Position numbers and translations under genes: made by a program
Notes under the pieces: generated by a model
Seen by the model: the letters and a program-made list of their open reading frames with translations, nothing else
What the model was told of the DNA's origin: nothing
Databases searched by the model: none
NCBI GenBank assembly: GCA_951406725.2
Contig: OX597819.1
Location: 113,212,001-113,276,000, forward strand
Reading direction: 5' to 3'
Length of the DNA: 64,000 bases
From: Octopus vulgaris
Lineage: Eukaryota
Shown: positions 52,954 to 64,000 of the stretch, in pieces
How positions within the stretch are numbered: position 1 is the first letter of the stretch
Layout: each line of letters begins with the position of its first letter

Positions 52954-53306
52954 CGCAGGCATGGCAGTGATAAAACGTTTGCTTCTCAAACACATGGTTC
53001 CGGGTTCAGTTCCATTGTGTGGCACCTTTGACAAGTGTCTTCTACTATAGCTTCGGTCCGACCAAATTTTTGCGAGTGGATTTGTGAGACGGAGAATGAA
53101 AGAAGCTTGTCATTTGCGTGCGTATGTGACTGCGTTTGCGTTGGTCCCTTCCCACCACTTGACAACCGGTGTTGGTTTGTTTACGTCCCCATAACTTAGC
53201 GAATCACTAAAAAAATAGCATTCTCGTATTTTAAAAAACTTGTAGGAAAAAGTGTTTTGAGGGAGATTTAGCTGTTGTTCCTAGTTGGGCAAGTAATCGT
53301 GTAGAG

Positions 53307-53730
53307 CAGCGTTTCTCAACCTGGGTTCCTTGGAATCCTAGGGCTCCGCAAAAGGTTCGTAGGGGTTCCGCAAGAAAGAGTGAGACATGTTAATTTCATG
53401 ATCGTAATATTATTGGTTATTGTAATATTATAATATAGACATCATCCTATCTAACCTATTATGTTATCAAAAAATGTAACAACCATTGGGGATATATTTA
53501 GCGATGTCTGTCATTTATGGGCACCCTATTCTTTTATTTGTTTCAGTCATAGGCCTGCGGCCATGCTGGAGCACAGCCTTTCGTCGAACAAATCGACCCC
53601 AGGACTTATTCTTTGTAAACCTAGTATTCTATCGATCACTTTTGCCGAATGCTAAGTTACGGGGTCGTAGACACACCACCATCGATGGGGAGGGGGGAAC
53701 AAACACAGACACACAAATACACACACACAC

Positions 53731-53769
<39 letters not shown>

Positions 53770-54063
53770 GACGAGCTTCTTTCAGCTTCCGTGTACCAAA
53801 TCCACTCACAAGGCTTTGGTCGGTCCGAGGCTACAGTAGAAGACACTTACCCCAGGTGCCACGCGGTGGGACTGAACCCAGAACCATGTGGTTGGTAAGC
53901 AAGCTACTTACTACACATGATATTTACCACGTTAACTACGGTGAAAGAAATATGAGAAAGATACGGTATATATATATATATATATATATATTTGTGCAGC
54001 AGTTCCTTGAGACATGTAATTTATTTTAAGGTTTACCCAAGGTAAAAAGTTTGAGAAACACTG
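53307..54063. mobile_element. hAT-Charlie-like MITE carrying a nested family A SINE (-, 53530-53915)
   Basis: TIRs cagcgtttctcaa / ttgagaaacactg; perfect 8-bp TSD gtgtagag. Confidence 0.85.
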
Positions 54064-54893
54064 GTGTAGAGACGCCATTGTTGGCTTGTCTATCCATGGT
54101 CGATAATGTTTCGCTGCGAGCTGATGACATCATCATCACCACCACTGCCATCATCTTCATCACTTCCATCAGCATCACTACCATCATTATCATTTCCACC
54201 ACTACCACTCGCCGTCAACATCATCTTCATCATCATCACTAGCGGCAGTACTTTAACGCTCACCATTTTTGTAAAGGAAACATTTCCTTTCTTCGGGAGA
54301 AATGTGTTAGGAAGTTTGAATCAGCAATTCACCATTGTGAGCACATCACTTACCATGTTGCAATAATCAGTGAGACAAGAAGCTGTTTGAAGGAAGACCT
54401 TGTAAGGCCTGGATATGGGATAGAAAATATATGCCCTAACACAGATGTGTATTTGTATGCGAATGTGTGTATGTATGTGTGTGTGTGTGTGTGTGTGTGT
54501 AACACATAACTGAATAGGTGACGTGGGTTGCGTAATGTATGTGGGTCGGTAACCAGATATCGCCAGGTACCTGATATAAATAATGATGAGGGTGGTGTCG
54601 ATAGTGATGGAACTTATTGCGACAGAAAGACGCGAAATTTTGAACAATAACAACAACAACAACAAGGACAATAATGACACCAATAAGAGCTTACAAGCCC
54701 AAGGTATGCAATTGTTTTTGAAAAGAAGTATTCGGTGAGAGATGTGACACTTCTATTATTTCATTCTTCCACCCGATCTCCTATCGTTACTCCCACCCCA
54801 ACCCTTATGTCACTCTTTTATTTATTTGTTATGCTTGTTATTGTTGTGTGTCTGTCCCTTTTCTTTACACCTTTGTGCTTTTTTCTATTTTCA

Positions 54894-54952
<59 letters not shown>

Positions 54953-57900
54953 CTGTTTTATTTTACACGTGGAAAATACTTTTGTTATGCAGACGGATTC
55001 TGTTTTAGTTTTTCGTTACAATCTGTTTGTTGTCTATAGTTGACACAGGGAGTGGTGGTGTTAGGATAGTGACAGCGGTTGTAATGTGGTAGTGGTGCTA
55101 CTGGCGGTCGCTGTGGTTGAATAAAAGTGGTTCTTATTTGACTCCTGGTCTGTCCTAACTGAGCAGAGTGCTCAAGAGTATTCCAGCTATAACTATCCCG
55201 TTTGATTAAAAGTATGCGTGGAACTACCATATCTAAAAGCAGTATTTCCCAACCTATTTTCTCCTAGGCCCTACTATAACATTCCAGAAAAATGTATGCT
55301 CTACTAGTGGTTAAAAAAAAACAACTTTATTTTAGATATTTCTTAATTATATACTTTCCTTAAATGTCTACACTATGACATTAGAAGAGCGTTGCACAAT
55401 AGCAAACAGTCTTCACACAGTATGCTTGACTCGAGGGATTGGTTTGGCTAGGCTGAAGATAGGTGTAGTATCTTTGCTGTGAGAAAGAGATTTTCACAGT
55501 TCCATGTCCCACTAAAAAAAAAAAGAAGGAAAAAGTTAGGATCCCATGCCACACCACAATTTCCCCAGGGCTAAAACAGTATGCCTCGCACTGGGAATTA
55601 CTGAGTCTTTTCCTTATTTTAGACAGCATGGTGTGATTTGAAGCAGCTCTAGCTGCTATTTTTAGTTAACTGGACAACCTTGTTGAGGCTCTCTTATTTA
55701 GTTTGCAGAATAGGGTGATTGTGGGACGTTCTGAGGAAGTAGTAGTAATAGTTGTTGATGCTGATAGTAGGTTTGTGGTGGTAGAGCAGTGGTAGCTGTC
55801 TCTGGCTCCAAGAAGTTTCAGCCATCAGAAATCAATGAAAATTATGACACAGGATTTCAACAAAGGTTGTAATTACGTTGGAATACAAAGAAACGGTGGC
55901 AGCACCCACCTTTAGTACACATTCCAGCCGAAACTACAGAAAGAATGATATTTCATTGTTGCTGATGTGCGGAATATCCCAACTACCACAAGACTATCTG
56001 ACCCTTAGTTGGAGGCCTATCAACGCATCTTACTCGCAAGATACAAGTGCTTGACGAATACAAGTGAGAGAAGGCTACGCGCGATTCAGGATCGCTCTCT
56101 CGTTCTCAGACATTTATACTCAGTGACAAGATAAGTCAAGACCATTGAGATTGTACAAGAATGCAGATGTTTCTCATAATGGCTGAAGAGATCTCTTGTC
56201 TTGCAGTACAACCTAACATGGTGTGTGTTCAGGCCATATAACATCGTGCCAGATGTTTACCTTGTACCATGGTGTCTGGCCCAGCATGACAACATGTTTC
56301 CACCTGCGCCAATTGTCCTCACTATCTTGTTGCAGCTAGCTTCGAAACTGTAGATATGAATATTACTTATTTCTTCAACATTCCATTTGAATGAAATGAG
56401 AACATGTCACTAAATATACAGCCATATGCCATGTACACATTTTTGTATGGTCATTGACATCTCTTATGCTCATTCATCTTTTGACAGATCTTCTTTTTCA
56501 TTCTGCAGGGTATCCAAATCACCCTCTTTACTAAGCAAGCTCAGTGGGGTTGCCAATTTAGTCGCTGGTGACCTGCACATGCAACAGATTGCATTGGGTT
56601 GCGTGTTGTAACTAACAGCGCTCTCAAGCGGACTGACTGTGTGTGTGTGTGCGTTTGAAATATCTTACGAGCTCCAAATATTTCTTCAAAGATATATCGC
56701 TGAAGAACTATGTAAATAATGTTTGATATTCTCAATGAAATAAACGCTCTCCACATTCCAAATGTATTAAGATAATAAGGGGAATTGTGAATCCCCTAAT
56801 CATACGATATATATATATATATACACACACATATGCACACACAGATATATGTGAATGTGTATTTGCTTTTGTCGGTTACACAAGAGTTTCATATTAACTA
56901 ACAATTGCGCACAATAAAATAACAGCCGTCAAGCGATGCGTGTATCATACCATCTTAGATCTAGCTTATAACTTGATACGTGTGTCTGCATGTTTACGTA
57001 TATACGTATGCCTCTGTATATGTACCATTATGTGAATGTATGTACGTTATAAATATGTAAGTATATGTAAGTACATATATGTGTGTTTGTGCGCTTGCAT
57101 GGTGTGTGTTGTTCGGACAAAAACAAAACAGAGGATGTGTTTTGATGTTTTACAGGCATTGGATAATAAGGCTAAGAATGAAAGAGTGGGAAAGATGTAA
57201 AAGCAAAGAGACAAAGTGAACGAGTGAGGGCGGCGGTGCGTGGAGGAGAGGACCAGACACCTGTCCACAGAGCAACGTTGATATTTTAATTATTTAATGT
57301 TAACTTGTCAATTAATTACCTAACCGCAGTAGCCAAACAGGATTGCGCGTGCGCGTGCATGTGTGTGTGTCTGTGTGTGTTTGTGTGTGTGTGTGTGTGT
57401 GTGCGTGCGGCTTGTGCGTTCAGCACGTGATCATTAGGCCATGTGTTCAATTCTTGGGCCGGGCAGCACGTATGTGGAACGTATACTGCGACGTAGAGAA
57501 GTTACTTTTTTACATTTTTACATCCCGCTTCTATCTCACACTAACAGGAAAACATCCGCGCACACACGTACACACACACACATACACACACACACAAACC
57601 ACTATGTCTTTTTATAGTGATGTATATTGTATGTGGTGTTTGACGATTTAAAGTTCATTTATCAGTATATTGGCATAGAAAGTTTTCTTTTGCCCTTATT
57701 TATAATTGTGTGTGTGTGTGTGTATCGTTGCTATTATGCAAAAGCGTCGCAGTCCAGAACGTTGCTTTTTCAGAAAATGAAAAAATAGTTTCACCATTCC
57801 AAAGCAAAACCGTTGTACTGCACTTTGACAATTTTTAATATGTCGGCATCTGAAGCAACACGATAGTTTGACCAAAAGAACCGGCTATTGCAAGCAAAAA

Positions 57901-57972
57901 TAAATATTGATAAAAACGTATTTGGCCAAATTTGGGCATACGACAGTTTAGCATAATAACAACACTATATAT

Positions 57973-58042
<70 letters not shown>

Positions 58043-58847
58043 CGAGTATATTAAAGCGCGTTCCCAAGTGGTTAAGGCGTTCCGTTCGCGAGAGCTGCAC
58101 CTTATTCCCAAACCGGCTGAACGTTGTGTTCTTGAGCAAAACACTTCATTTCACGTTGCTCTAGTCCTCTGAGCTCTAAAATGGGCAAACTTGTGAGGGA
58201 TTGGTCAACGAGGATGAGACGTTTGACTCAAGAAAATCCTCCAGACGGATGTCTCGCGAGCCATGTTTTGTATCCAGCAATCGAAAGGATGAATGGTACA
58301 ACCCATAATGTGAATCCCGAATGGTTGGGACAGGTTGTTAAACCATGTCGAAAGATAATAATGAGGTACATGGATGTCGATGTATTTAAGTATATATGAT
58401 TATGTATAAATGTTGTTTGTATAAATAGCGGTGCCCCAAAATGGCGGTGCCCCAGCATGGCCACAGCTCGTGAGCTGAAACTAGATAAAATAAAATAAAA
58501 ATAAATATAAATACTTATGTATACAATCCATCTCCTGCTTTCACACCGACATTTGACACTCAAGTGTCTTTAACACTTGTGATGCAAGCTGTTGGGCAAT
58601 TGAAAGAATCTGAGCTGAATATGACACCCACACTTCCTGTAAGTCAAAAGATCCCACCCACTCCAAAGAGCAACAGCTGCCCTTCCTTCTCTCCGTTTTG
58701 CAGAAGCAATATTTTGTTTATTACGTGCACAATGAGCATGTACGTATCCGTGTTGAGCGCATATATACATTTCATTTTTGGATTTGGTTTGCAAGATTCT
58801 TTATGCGAGTTCGTGTGTTGAATCATATTCTGTTGTGTCTGGGGAGA

Positions 58848-59400
58848 GTCGCCAACGATACACATGCGGTCACACACACACACACATATATATATACTGT
58901 TGTGTCTGGTGAGAGCCATTCTCTTTTGATGCCTTATAATTTAACACACTCACCAGTAAAATTTCCACTTATTTCTTTTTAATTTTTCTAAAATGTTCGT
59001 TTTGAAAACTATTGAAAAGGTTGCAAGACGCAATGAAAATTTTAGAAAAATTAAAATGAAATGAGTGGAAATTTTACCGGTGAGTGTGTTAAATTATTAG
59101 GTACCAAAAGAGAATGACTCTCACCAGACACAACAGTATACATATGTATATATATGTGTCTGTGTGTGTGTGTGTGACCGCATGTGTATCGTTGGCGATT
59201 TTCTTTCTCCGTCTTCCCTTCCTTGGATCTTTCCTGTTTCTATGTTTCTGACGAAGATCTCCGCTCCAAACGTTAAATCCTCCTTCTTTCTTTCCTTTCC
59301 TGGGCGTCCAATAACACTATACTTGTTCAACGTCCTCGCGTTGTTGTGTTTTCTTTGTGTTTTCATGTTTGGATTAACTTTATATATATATAAAAGTATA
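58848..59400. mobile_element. Penelope-like non-autonomous fragment with an inverted duplication (hairpin of about 350 bp) and a degenerate hammerhead-like motif
   Basis: 58848-59000 is the reverse complement of about 59032-59197; followed by ctgacgaagatctccgctccaaacgttaaa. Confidence 0.6.
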
Positions 59401-59596
59401 TATAATCGGTATGATGAAGGATATTGTTTATAAGAGATGCACGGAGACAGACAGATCGAATGGCAGAGATACAAACTAAGAGAACGAAATGCGTACATAA
59501 GAAAATAGCAGAAACAGAGACAATGAAATAGTACGCTCCCTCGAAGATTTCTATATAAGTATGTATGTATGTGTGTGTATGCGCGTGGGTGGATGC

Positions 59597-59633
<37 letters not shown>

Positions 59634-60358
59634 CAGATGCATGTGTGTGTGTATATATATATGCGGATGCATGTGTGTGTGTGTAGACACACCACACCAA
59701 CCGCTACCTCCACATTCACCACCATTTGCACCATAACACCAACTACAATAATAGCTAAAATAATTTTTCTTCTTGAAATCAGACATAATTCATATGACCT
59801 GATCTAAAATCATTGATTAGTTTCCTTTTCCCGATAATATCTCGTTCGTTAGACGCGATTCTAAACCAAAACAAAACAGAAAAGAAACTTTGTAGGCGAA
59901 GTAGAAATAATTACCTTTTCTCTTATCTTTTCTCACCGACAAAACCGGTGATTAACGAACGACATGCTAATTAGGTATGAAGACCCCCCACCCCCACTCC
60001 ACCAAAAGTCTTTTATGAGAGAGAAATGAATGGAATGGTGGTATGGGACCTTAATATGGTGTAGAGTTTAGGAGCAGTGTGGTGTATGATAGAGATGGAT
60101 TTCTTATGAGGTGAAAGGTATAAATAAAACGCTACTAATCTCTATTTTAGTCTGGTGGGAAATTTGGTGTTGAGTTCGATTCCCTGCTCGGCACATTCGA
60201 TATCTTCTACTCTAGACCCGGGCCGACCATGGCATCGTAAGTGAATTTGGTAGACGGAAAATAAAAGAAGCCTGTTGTGTGTGTATCGTACTTAAAGCAT
60301 ACACATCCTTGAAAGCCTGATAAACTGAGATATTAGTCCCGAGAAAGCATCTCCTTAC

Positions 60359-60644
60359 CGTGCACAGACAAGATGCCGAATGCACTTTTGTCGAAGGACA
60401 AGAAGCCGAACGGACACAATAATAAAGAACAAAACGTTCCTACCTACGTAGTTTAATGACCATTTTAGTCTGTCAAATGGTCATATTGTAGGAATAAAAC
60501 GATTATCATATATTTTAATTTATTTAATTCTTTTCGATTTTTTGTCCGTTCGGCATTGAGTCCATTCGGCTACTTGACTTCGGCTACTTGACTTCGGCTT
60601 CTTGTCCTTCGGCAAAAGTGCATTCGGCATCCCGTCCATGTACC
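60359..60644. mobile_element. MITE with TIRs of about 52 bp and ttcggc subterminal repeats
   Basis: gatgccgaatgcacttttgtcgaaggacaagaagccgaa versus its reverse complement at 60593-60631; flanks tctccttac / tctcttac. Confidence 0.75.
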
Positions 60645-61650
60645 TCTCTTACAGTATTAAAAAAACACAGTACCAGTAGTAGACGAAAACTGTTCTGCAG
60701 CAGCAATGGCATTGCTAAATATGTATTTCTTCCTCTTTGAGCTTCGTCACTATCAAGCATCCACTAGCATCAGCATACTAATACAAAATTGGCCGATATA
60801 TATATAGAGAGAGATAGAGAGATATAGATATAGCATTTCTGGATGGCTCTATAAGTTCTAAATTGAGGAAGAATTTGTCCGTAAAGCAGTTTAGCTTAAT
60901 GTTAGAGCACTTGACCGGAAATCAAAAGGATGTGATTTCGATTCTCATGGTTGGTTGCTAACAGATTTTTCTGCTCTGTAAGTGATATTATCTTATACAT
61001 GCTGTTATATCAATATTTTACGCGTTGAAAAAAAAATATCTTTCTACTTGTACTATATATGTATATAAAACCACCCGGAAGTCGTATTTTTCTATGCGTA
61101 TATAATGTTATAAACTGTTTTGGTCTCACAAGTTATGTAAATAACAAATATTGCACAGGATCCGAGAAAACTGGTGGTTGTCTTAATTAGCAAAAATTAT
61201 ACAATGAAGTTTGTTAGTTTAATTATTTATTACTTATTACATAATTTTAAACGCCAGACGTAGCAGGAAAGACAAGACAGGTTTTTATAAATTGTATCTA
61301 GTACCCCTTATATGTTAGAAGAAAAGAGCAAAAGAAAACAAGAGAAGAAATAGAGGGAAGTGAGTCCAAGAATAATATTTCTGATGTTAAACCTTTGTGT
61401 AGCCGTCCTGAAGTGGAAGAATTTATTTATGGTTGGTAAATCCTTGAGAATGAATTGTATCTCCAACGTTGGCAACTATTTGAAGACTAGTTTCAAAATG
61501 TTTTTTTTTTTTCTCTTATAATTTCTGCATTGATAGTTTGTATAAAAAAATGCAAAGAGGACTCTGACATTTTGGACTACCGCTTGACTCGACTGAAAGA
61601 GAGACAAAGGAAGAGAGCGCTTATGCTGTAAGATACTTCACACACTTTAA

Positions 61651-61864
61651 CCCTTTGCCTTTCATATGCATTTTTCATAAATCTGTCCTAAACGTCCATA
61701 TTTATTTTCAGATATTTAGTCAGCCATTGTTTCATACGTCCTGAGTAATATAAAATTTTCCTTTCATAAATCCCAAGTTACTCTGGTGATTGAAAAAAAA
61801 ATAGGAATGTGTATCATGATACTAGGGAAATATGTCCCGTGTATCACATGATACAGGCAAAGGG
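61651..61864. mobile_element. piggyBac-type MITE
   Basis: TTAA|ccctttgcct ... aggcaaaggg|TTAA. Confidence 0.8.
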
Positions 61865-63039
61865 TTAAAGTAAAATGTCTAAATTTTGACCAAAATTCGG
61901 CACAAGGAAAATAACAAATCGTTTAAATGAGGACAAACAACAACAACAAAAATATGAAGTCTTCAATGAGTGGTAGATGGCAGCATCTACATTCAAGAAC
62001 GAACCACATAGCGGTGATAAAACCAGACACCAAGGCGACAAAATAAGATTCCACAGAAAAAAAAAAAATTAAGAACGAAGAAAGAATTGCCAAAACCCAA
62101 AACAACAACCAGTAAAATGGGTAGATGGGTAAGGTTGAGAGTCCTTCCTACCCTCCGCTACCAAAACCATTAGTGAATCACAGCTAGACACGTCGACATT
62201 AAAGGGATAGAGTGTAAGAAAATATGGAAAAGTGTGAGAAAACGGTTGGATGGATGAGAAAGTAACGTTTTTTGTTGTTATTATTGTAGCCATAAGTAGA
62301 CCCCAAATCGGGAATAGTTATAATCAAAGACATTCCAGATATGACCAACTGGTCCGAATTTCTATTATTCTTTTTTTTTCGGGCACCCTGAACCTCGGGC
62401 TAAGCTATACAACTTGTCCTTTTGTAAGGTGGCTAGGGCAAGGTTTCAAGGAGAACTGGTCGCTATTTCTAATAGGCGGAGCAGCAATGTGGTTCAGTTT
62501 ATGACAAAACTTAAACATTTCCTCCACCTACACCACCCTCGCTTGGTTTTATTTGATTCCGGAAATAAATTATAATCACTATTGCTTTAAAAAAAAATAT
62601 GTTCTGAAGAATTGTTGCATCCAAACCGTCCGGGAGATGGTCTAAGCAAGGCTTCATACAAATACGTAAAAAATATTTACAAATATAAAACCAAAAACAA
62701 AATCTATTTGTTTTAAAAAGTATCAGTAAAAGTTTCTTAACGTAAGGCTTTCTTGAGGAATGGCTTCAGTGCCAAATTCCAGCTACCTTGGTGCAAAACT
62801 GTGATTTGGAACATACTGGCAGCAACTCGAATTCAGGTAATGCCATCGTTTGGTTGTTGTCTTAAATACGAGCACCAGAGACGTGACTATTCGGTCCTGC
62901 TAGAGAACTACATTCTTTTGCACAGATGTGAAAACGATAAAGCGCCTCTCGCAGCTGGTATTCGGAGAACTTACTTCCACCCGCTCTGACGGGTTATTGC
63001 TTTCTTGATTTATGATGTGTTTGTTGTTTATAGTTACAT

Positions 63040-63255
63040 TAAGGCGGCGAGCTGGCAGAATCGTTAGCACGCCGGACAAAATGCTTATCGCTATGTCACC
63101 CATCTTAATATTCTGAGTCCAAATTCCGCCAAAGTCGACTTTGTCTTTTATCCTTTTGAGGGGGATGGGGGGTCGAGGAAATAAGTACCTGTTGAGCACT
63201 ACCAGACTCCTCACCCAAAATTTCAGGACTTGTGCCTATAATAGAAAGAATAATA
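63040..63255 (+). mobile_element. SINE family B'
   Basis: Matches the consensus. Confidence 0.75.
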
Positions 63256-63334
63256 GTATACCATACATTGAATCCGTCATAAGGGTTCTTATAGAGAGAT
63301 TTTGTTGCACGTGTATATATATATATATATATGT

Positions 63335-63373
<39 letters not shown>

Positions 63374-63380
63374 CAGACAG

Positions 63381-63596
63381 ATGACCGGTTTATGAGGTTA
63401 ACCGGGGTTTCACGTACACACAGAGCTTAGCTTTACAGTGTTTCTGCTTAATCCTAAATCCGTTGACCTATGGCCTCTCTACACCAGCCATTTACTAGAG
63501 AGGCCTTAGGACAACGGGTTTAGGGTCTGAAAAAACGTTGTAAAGGTTAAGCACTTTATGGACGTGAAACCCCAGGTAACCCCATAAACCGGCCAT
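63381..63596. mobile_element. Foldback (palindromic) MITE, 216 bp
   Basis: Arms of about 100 bp (atgaccggtttatgaggttaaccggggtttcacgt...ggcctctcta) with a loop of about 14 nt. Confidence 0.85.
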
Positions 63597-64000
63597 ATCT
63601 ATCTTTATCTATATCATCTATTGCTCTATAACTTAGAGTGTGCTTCTTTGTCGGATTTATGATTTACTGACACACAGAGGAAAGAGAGACTTTGTGTATG
63701 CACAGATATGTGTCAGTTTAGGTTTGCACCGGTCTAAAACTGGTATTGTTTATGCTGTCCCTTGTGGGTTCCGTGACGTGCGCAGTTCAACAAATAGGGT
63801 TCGATGGAATACGTACCGGACTGAAATAAGTACTGAGATCAATATGATCGCCTAAACCTTTGACGGCAATTCCACTGGGATCTTTTCTTTTTTCTGGTCT
63901 TTTGTTTGGTTAAAATAATTTGTTGTTTATGCCTGACCATTTTTTTCCGTGAAAAGCACAACGCTTGATTTAGTCATACCACTCCGCCAGACGTTCCTTC

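Noticed and set aside
55240-55603. Possible hAT MITE (cagtatttccca / tgggaattactg)
   Set aside because: Short imperfect TIRs and no matching TSD.
56490-56611. Strong acceptor-like site (tctttttcattctgcag) as exon 2 of the SBSPON-like gene
   Set aside because: The phase-1 continuation hits TAA after a few codons, and no frame gives a TSP1 motif.

Overview
This is repeat-saturated, AT-rich eukaryotic genomic DNA, most likely from an Octopus species. That is inferred from the tRNA-derived SINE families and the extreme microsatellite density, not from a database search. I can support only one protein-coding exon: 24387-24684 (+). It encodes a signal peptide and a somatomedin-B-like cysteine domain resembling SBSPON/RPE-spondin, and ends at a phase-1 GTGAGT donor. 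I found no downstream exon, so about 39 kb of the window is probably one large intron. The rest is made of several SINE families (labelled A, B/B', C, D, E and F here), decayed LINE remnants (RTE 3' ends and an RT core), Penelope-like fragments with degenerate hammerhead-like motifs, many MITEs (hAT-, piggyBac-, Tc1/pogo- and Merlin/MULE-like), foldback hairpins, local duplications and microsatellites. Almost all other ORFs in the track are microsatellite or SINE artefacts. The most notable observations are head-to-tail SINE multimers with a recurrent junction at a hairpin loop, several long intronic hairpins, a microhomology-templated insertion and minimal hammerhead-like motifs. There is no CRISPR array, rRNA, intact tRNA or prokaryotic-type system. 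Repeat coordinates were read by eye and are approximate.
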